A stretch of 64,000 bases of DNA, taken from Eledone cirrhosa. Taxonomy: Eukaryota. The stretch spans positions 256,494,001 through 256,558,000 of the forward strand of contig OZ024743.1 in assembly GCA_964016885.1 (NCBI GenBank), read 5' to 3'. This document shows, one piece after another, positions 56,313 to 64,000 of the stretch. The position numbers were made by a program, and so were the translations under genes. Position 1 is the first letter of the stretch, and each line of letters opens with the position of its first letter. The notes beneath the pieces were generated by a model, which saw only the letters and a program-made list of their open reading frames with translations, did not search any database and was not told the DNA's origin.

Positions 56313-58215
56313 TTATACTAAGGTATATCCTAATGTTTGTTGAGTGAGACGGAAGCCGGTCGGAGTATTGCTTAAAGCTTTCTCTGTTAATGTATTAAAT
56401 GTATTATTATATATATATATATGAATTATATTGTTATGATATTCATGTATTCAACAAAATGACATATCAACATAAACTATAATTGATATAACATTATTTC
56501 TAATAATCCAATAGATTTGAATGAGATTTCGAAAGAGATATGTGTGTGTGTTATATGAGAGAAACACATATAAATAGGGTGGTGAGGGGGAGAGATTCTA
56601 TGATATTTATGTTTGTTTTCATTAGTTCTGGTTTAATCTGTACAATTCCTGTTGCTGTAAGACAGAGTGGAGATTAAGAAGAATAACAAGTATAAGAAAC
56701 ATTAGAATGTCGAATGAAGCCAAATAAATAACAAGAATTTAATAAACAATAAAAGGTCATTATATATCATCACCATCACCATCATCATCATCAATATTGT
56801 ATGCAATAACAACCTTGTCATCAACATCAACATTAGCCTCATCATCAATATATTAACATCACCATGACTATCACTATCATCATCATTATATTCATCAACA
56901 TCATCATGGTCATCATCAACACATTCATTATCATCACTATGACCATCAGCCATTGCATATACTTATTAATTTCCTCTGGTTAGATAAAAAAAAAGTTGAT
57001 TTTAATAAAAAGATTTAATCTATTTAATTACAAGAGATAAATTACAAAGATAACTTTCACAAGATATCAACAAATACACAGCAGTGATTTATAAAATATT
57101 TTAAATAGATATTCCCACCACTATAATAATATCTATCATTTTCACAAGATAACAAATTGAGAACATTGGTTTAGATAACGTTTTAAATGGGATTGAGCAA
57201 TGAGGTTGAAGGAGATGTCTAGCCTTGTGTCACATTATCAGATTCACCAAATTTTCTGCTGTTTTGCAGGAGTTTCATTAGCTACATCAGTGTGTGGCCA
57301 GAGGTAGCTCTGGTGTCACAATGCCTCATCCACATACATACATATATATATGTGTGTGTGTGTGTTTGTGTGTGTATATATGTGTGTCTGTGTGTGTGTG
57401 TTGATGAGATATAACTTGTTAAAGCTAACTGTCAGGAGTCCCAAACATAGATCATGTGCAGGCTGGTTGGATTGCATCCATAAGCTTGGTTGGTCTTTTT
57501 GGGGGAATCAACCATATAATTTGGAGATGGTTGCTTCTGATAGGACCCTTAGGAAGGCATATCTGAGGACTCTGCCGCCCATGACCTCCTATCAGAAATG
57601 AATGGGCGAAGAAGAGGCTACTAGTAAAGACTTCTAAGGCCATTATTCAAAACAGTACTTGAAATTTAAGGCAAGTAATGTGTATATATCATTGTAGGGA
57701 TTGTTTCGCTCCATGGTGAAGATTAAACCATTTCAATACTTATCAAAATTGTATATGCTTTACTGTAGGGCCCAAAATCCCAATAATAATACACACACAT
57801 GTATATATAGTAAAGTTGTACATGAAAATACAAAAAACGAAATTTCAGATATATACTAACAAAAGCCTCTGTTTTCATCATCAGCCACCACCTGGGCCAT
57901 GCAATTTCACACATAAGTGTGGGATTGCATAATATAGAACCCAGCTTGCATGGTGGCTTGAACAAGCTGTCAGAGAGATGGATATCAGACAACACAACAG
58001 TATATAGACAGGGTCAAACAAAGGAGTTTCTTGTGAGTAGGACAACAAATTGATTAAATAATCAAATACCAATAATAAATATTATGACTAGAAACAGGAC
58101 AGAAATGGTGCAGACAAGTTTTGGAAATGGTAAAGCTGGAGGGAGAGAAATATAAATAGACACCCGTCAAATAAAAGGACAGAGAGAGATAGTGAGTGTG
58201 CTATTGTCAAGCTGG

Positions 58216-59365
58216 TATTTATTTATTCATTTATTTATTTATTTATTTATTCAATTTAAACGTCCGTATAGCGCTAGTAAACCATGACAGACTCAGGGAA
58301 GTATCGAGTATTCCTTACAGTTGGTAATCAAATGAAAAAGAGCTAGCGAGAAAGTAATAAAAAGAAAAGAAAAGAAAAGAAAAGAAAATAAAAGCTAAAA
58401 GCTAAAATGAAAATAAAAAAAAGATAAAAGGGAAAAAAAATGAAATAACAAAAATAACATTTCAATTATTGAAGGCCAATGGGAGGCAGATTATGCATGA
58501 GAAAACGAAAAAGAAAAGAGGAAACAAGGGAAGTTGTAAAACAACCAGAAGTTTCTGTTGTTGAAGATTTTGTTTATATTTAGTACACCTGTAATCAAAT
58601 ATTGAACTTCCAATCTTGGTAGTTTGTTAGAAACTGGCCTCTCTCTCAGACTGATAGTTTCTCCATGGAACAAATAGTGCCAAAGAGTTCCTGGAGAGTC
58701 ACCATAAGAACATAGAGATTCATCTCTATGAACGGTTCTTGATAGAATGTAGTTCAAAGGTATATGTCCAGTCCGAAGCCAGCATAGTCTTTTTTTTATT
58801 TGCATTACTCAATCATCGGTAAGTTTTTAATGTTGTCATATCTGGTTGAGAAAGCGGAGATTGAAATTTGTGAGTTTATCTCTGGATTCGTCCCGAAATG
58901 TTTCCCAACTTTGACTAATTATTTGTTTGCTAAATGATTTTACCTGTGAAAGATTTGGGATGTAGTCTATATCTATTATTTTCCTTTGTGCTCCTTTTTT
59001 ACTAATTCGTCTACTTTCCTATTTTTTCTAATATTTGTATGGCCCGGTATCCAAATCACTATTATTTCTTTATTATTTTGTGAGTGGTAGTTATCTATTT
59101 TTAGCAGAGTTCTCAATATCTCTACTCTGACCCCTTTTTCATAACTGAAGCAGTTTTAAGTCCGATAAACTACCAATAAATAGAAAATCATTTTTCCAGG
59201 CAATTCCTGAACTGAATCTATGAATAATGTAATTCCCCGCTATTCTGCATCAAATATAGTGTAATCCCGATGCAATCTGAAGTTCATATCTTTATAATTA
59301 TTTTTGAAAAACCTAGTTGCTCTGCAACCCACTCTCTTGTCTGAATGTGCCCCATCTGGTTAGTT
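58216..59365 (-). mobile_element. 3' fragment of an RNase H-bearing non-LTR retrotransposon (I-group like)
   Basis: Minus-strand remnants TIFDAE, VIWIPGHTNIRKNRKVDELVK (RNase H), LRTGH..LN..C..HYLF (C-terminal finger); (AAAT)n tail at 58216-58251. Confidence 0.7.
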
Positions 59366-59825
59366 AAGGAGTACATAGCATTACAATAGTAATAACTAAC
59401 AAAGTGGCACATGGAGAAAAACAAAACACATGAGATGGATGATAGAACAAATACCATCTATCTTCCTATATATATATATATATATATATCATCATCATCC
59501 TCATAATTTCATTTTACGTCCAATTTTTTCCCTGCTTGCAAGGGTCGGACGGGAACTGATTCTGGCTTGATTTCTACAGCTGAATGCCCTTCCTAACACC
59601 AATCTCATTTACAGTGAGTGCTGGGTGCTTTTTTGCCGTGGCACCTCCACGACCACTTTACAGTGGAATGATATGGACCCTAGTCCCTATCATCTCATTT
59701 CTACAGCTGAGTAAACTGGAGCAACGTGAAATAAAGTGTCTTGCTCAAGGAAACAACACATCACCCGGTCTGAGAATTGAATTCACAACCTTTCGATTGA
59801 AAGGCCAATGCTCTAACCACTATAT

Positions 59826-59975
59826 ATAGGAAAACGTTTAACCTCGATGGCAGAGCTCAAGCCGTTTCGACGGCTATTTCTGGACCTTTTTCCTATTACC
59901 CACTCTACTACCCTAAGTATTGAGTACTCTGATACGTTATGGTCCATATAGCTCCTTACCACACTTCTTTCGTTT
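59826..59975. mobile_element. Internally deleted family C fold-back
   Basis: Left arm and tail match 31449-31638; most of the right arm is missing; TA flanks. Confidence 0.8.
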
Positions 59976-59984
59976 TATATATAT

Positions 59985-60505
59985 ATGTATATATTTATAA
60001 GTATGTATACCTACATACATATATGTATACAGACGTACAGTAGTATGTATATATATACATACATGCACACATATATATATGTACGTATGGATTTACCGAA
60101 CATTTATTATAATGCTCGCTTTGTTTGTAAACAAACATCCCAAATTAAGCCGCATAAGGAAAGTATGTACTTTCAGACGTGCAATCATCTGGCAGGAAGG
60201 TATACGGTGCTGACGATAGCTAATAAGCTTGAAACTAGTACATTGTTCCTTTGTCAGTGTTGAACAAAAGGGCAACGATGGTTGCTAAACACTGTACGGC
60301 TTAATTCAGGATGTTTGTTTACAAACAAACCGAGCATTATAATAAATGTTCGGTAAATCCATATGTACATATATATATATATGTGCATGTATGTATATAT
60401 ATACATACTACTGTATACATATATGTATGTACGTATACATACTTATATTTAAGTAACAGCCGTACTAAGAGTGAGAAATGAAATTTCGTTTCATTTTTTC
60501 CATTT
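59985..60505. mobile_element. Family H fold-back; HHR at 60204-60246(+)
   Basis: 59985-60152 inverted relative to 60296-60450. ACGGTG-CTGACGA-TAGCTAATAAGCTT-GAAACTAGTA-CATTGT. Confidence 0.85.
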
Positions 60506-60789
60506 ATATATATATATATATATATATACATATATCTAAACTATAATAAAGTAAGGAGAGCAGGACTACATACGGTTTATAATTTGTTATCCCATTAGTG
60601 AAATAAGTTGGATTACTTTGAATAAATAATGAATGAATATTACATAATTTATCTACTAAGTTTCGTGGCTGTTGTTTATTTAAAGATTCACTTCTTTAAA
60701 ATTTTTGAAATGTCAAAACATCCGCTTGGCCATCGCTTAAATAAACATACTACTTTTCTCCTAATGCAGTTCTTATATAATATTGTCTT

Positions 60790-60989
60790 TTTTAATGTAT
60801 CATGGATTATGTTACTGATTAAATAAAATAGTGTAACGCAGTCTTAGTTCAATTTCTATGTATTTCATATTGTCAATTACGATTTTATTTGATGTATCAT
60901 ATCTACATGTGTATATACCTGCGTATAATATCAATATACACACTACACATGTTAGCAGAAAACCACCCGAGGGTTGGTTTTTCTGCTAG
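60790..60989 (+). mobile_element. Helitron 3' end copy
   Basis: Similar to the reverse complement of 61575-61720; ends with hairpin AACCACCC-GA-GGGTTGGTT then CTAG|T. Confidence 0.55.
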
Positions 60990-61998
60990 TATATATAAGA
61001 ATTGTTTCTACTTTTGGCACAAGGCCAGCAATTACCCAGTGCATTACAATAACAATAAATAAGTATGACGTTAGTCCATCCCTATTTATTTTATTATATG
61101 TATTTCGAAGACGTATGCCTTTTTTTACACCATCTGCCAAGAAGTTCTCTTCAGATAAAATCCACAGGGGACGTAAATATCCGTTGATATGCAGCTGGTC
61201 ATACAAGTTATTCACTTCAGCAACTAGCCAGCATAAGCCTGGAAAGACTTCAAGCAAATATATCTTACAGTTGACGTTGCTGTAATTTTTTTATATTTAG
61301 TTACATTATAGCTTGAGCATCTATGGAAAAATATCTAAAATTTGAAATAGTATCTAAATGAATTGAATCTAGCATAAAAGGAAAAAAAATATACTAACAG
61401 TCCATACATGCTTCCCTTTGAACTAATTGACAAATCCGGTAACCCGATACCCTAGCCAGTTCAAAAACAGCAACGCCAACTGTAAGATATATTTACATGG
61501 GCATATATATATACGTATCATATATATGGGCATATATATTTGTGTATATCAACATGCACACTACATTCTGGCAGTTTTCTGCTAGTATATGTAGTGTGCA
61601 TATTGATATACACAAATATATATGCCTATAGATATGATACGTAAATTGTGCACATAAACTGAACAAAGACTGTGTTACACTTACTTCTGTAATCAGTAAA
61701 GTAATCCATAATACATTTAATAAAAAGGCGATAACGGAGATGGAAAAGTGATGAAACTGTTGACTGAAAATGTTCATGAATCTTCACTTGAGAATGTCGA
61801 TGGAAAGTTTCAAGCAGTGAATTTGAAAATAGATGCTGCTGGTATGAATGAATGAATTACATTTACCAATATGAAGCTATATTGTTGTTTTACTGTATTC
61901 ACATGTAGACTTCTTAAGTTTTTGTAGTGTCCCTTTTCTAGCAATTAAAAAGAAACTGAAATGCATTTCAACTAAAAGAGAGTGATAGCTGTTTCACA

Positions 61999-64000
61999 TC
62001 ACTGTAGAATTTCTTTGTAGACATAGTTGTCAGCAAACAGACCCCTTTCATTTAATATTTTTGTATTTTCTTTTTTTGTAACTCATGATAATGCAACATA
62101 CATCTGACCATGTGAGAAGAATTGTGTTCGTAGATATACACCTATCTTTTCAAATGTCTGACCTTGTGCCTTGTTGCATGTAAGGGCAAAGGCTGGTTTG
62201 ACAGTAAAATGCTTGCGAGTAAAGGCGAAAGGGAACTCAAGCTCTTGAGATACATGTGATATCCTTGGGATTAGCAACCTTGTTCCAGCATTGGGACCCA
62301 ATATCACTTCAGCTTCTATTACATGATTATGTAAACTGATGATGATGTGTGTTGTGAAGCCTGATGGAGTAAGTTTGTTGATGAACTCAATTGGATATTG
62401 CAGTATCAGAGCTTCTGTAGATTATTTCATGACTAGGGAACTTGTTGACCATGAACTCATTCACCAATCTTGCTGCATCATTTGTTGGAGTGATAATGGC
62501 TCTATTTTCAAGCCATAGTGAGATTGTGTAGTTTCCTGGAAGATTTGTATACACAAAATCACACAGTCCAGACACATTACCATATTCCAGACAAAGTTCA
62601 TTTGGCAGAAAAATTGTGAATGCACCTACAGTTGGAACAGTTGGAGTGTTACCATTTCCCACATCAAGAAGGTAGTTTGCAAACAGTCTTTCATCAGAAT
62701 CCCCTGCATTAATTAACCGCTGATTGGTTGTCATCTCCATGGTTTCCACATAGTCCCAGAGATAGGATCTCTTGATGGTTGCCTCAACTATTTGTGGTCT
62801 AGTACCATGACGTACAACTGGAAGAATTTGCTTCCACTCACCAGATAGTAATACTGTTAGACCACCAAATGGCTTTTTGCAATCTCTAACATCTTTGAAG
62901 CTCCTGTCAAGGCATTCAAAGATATGCTTATGTCCCATACCTATCTCATCAATGATAAGCAGGTCAGGTTGCTGCATAAGTTTACCTGTCTCGCCCCTCT
63001 TTGTGAAGAAGTAAGTTGATTCAGCAGTCACTTGGAATGAAGAGTTCTACCTTTGTGAAGCAAAGTGGCTGCTATTCCAGATATGGCAGTGGTAAGTGCA
63101 ATTTTTATTTTAGATCGGAGGTAATCCAGTAAGATGTTTATAACATAGGTCTTTCCTGAACCTGCACTTGCATTCAAGCAGAAAATTCTGCCTTCATTTT
63201 CATTTACAGAGGTGATTACTTTGTGAAAAATAACCAGTTGCTCAGGATTCAATGTTGGCAGAAGTTCATTTATGTTTGCTTGCAGTTGGTGTGTATTGAA
63301 ATCAGTTTCTGCCATAAGAACCCTGTTGATTTCTGTATGGCAACAATAGTTGGGTCTGGCCAAGGAAGTCCATAGTTGGCATGAATGCCCAAGCCATCAT
63401 GTTGAAGTCTTTGTTGGATCTTCTGTAGAACAATCTGCACGGTTTGTATGGACATGACTTGCTCATTACGTTCAGGCATGTTATCCTCTGCAAGACAATT
63501 TTTCAATTTCTCCCAGAACTGCAGAGGGTCATTTGGCATGCAGTACAATAAAATGGTGTAGAAGATCTCTCGTAGCTGAGCACCAAGTGTAATGGATGAG
63601 GCATCTTCCATATCCTTGTCTTTTTCTCCATCTTCATCCAATAGACCAAGTTTTCTGCATGCTTCTTGGAATGCTGGAAATTCAACTCCTTCAATTGTTC
63701 TCAAATCTTTGAATGAAGTTGACCCAGCCTTGTGATGTAGTATCATCCTGAGATAATATAATTAAGATTGATGTCTACTGAGAGATACTGTTGGAATACG
63801 TCCAAGAGATTCCCTCATAAATAGTTGATCACCATGCAGATGTCCCTTCTTTCTTCTTTGCCACTTTTTGTCTAAGTGAAATATTTAGGAATATCAATAT
63901 GCAATATGTTTTGTGCCAGTGAGTCTCTAATATTCAGTTGAAAATATTCCGTCAACTTAGTCATTGGCTGTCCCCTTGAAACAACACTTTCTTCCTGCCC
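61999..64000 (-). pseudogene. Helitron RepHel, PIF1-like helicase half, frameshifted; continues beyond the window
   Basis: GSTSFKDLRTIEG, ASAGSGKTY, IIDEIGM, PFGGLTVLLSGEWKQILPVV, FALTCNKAQGQT, FSHGQMYVALS, NYVYKEIL*. Confidence 0.93.

Overview
AT-rich, microsatellite-saturated eukaryotic (metazoan) DNA. The dominant tRNA-derived SINE and PHD-bearing RTE LINE resemble those I recall from octopod cephalopods (inference). No host protein-coding gene can be supported; most listed ORFs are (TA)n/(CA)n artefacts. Identifiable content is decayed transposons: a near full-length Tx1/L1 LINE (37.3-42.8 kb), three Penelope-like elements (PLEs; RT and/or GIY-YIG), RTE and RNase-H LINE fragments, a hAT relic inside an ~8 kb inverted duplication, Helitron pieces, many SINEs and a 615-bp tandem array. 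The main signal is non-coding. Reading by eye gives about 10 unrelated sequence families carrying type I hammerhead ribozyme (HHR) folds, about 19 motif copies in all. They sit in fold-back or tandem elements embedded mostly in (TA)n. Four families use the non-canonical core UUGANAA (compensatory U3-A8 pair in place of C3-G8), two have a ~90-110 nt stem II, and one shows stem covariation between copies. All structures were derived manually and none is experimentally or computationally verified.
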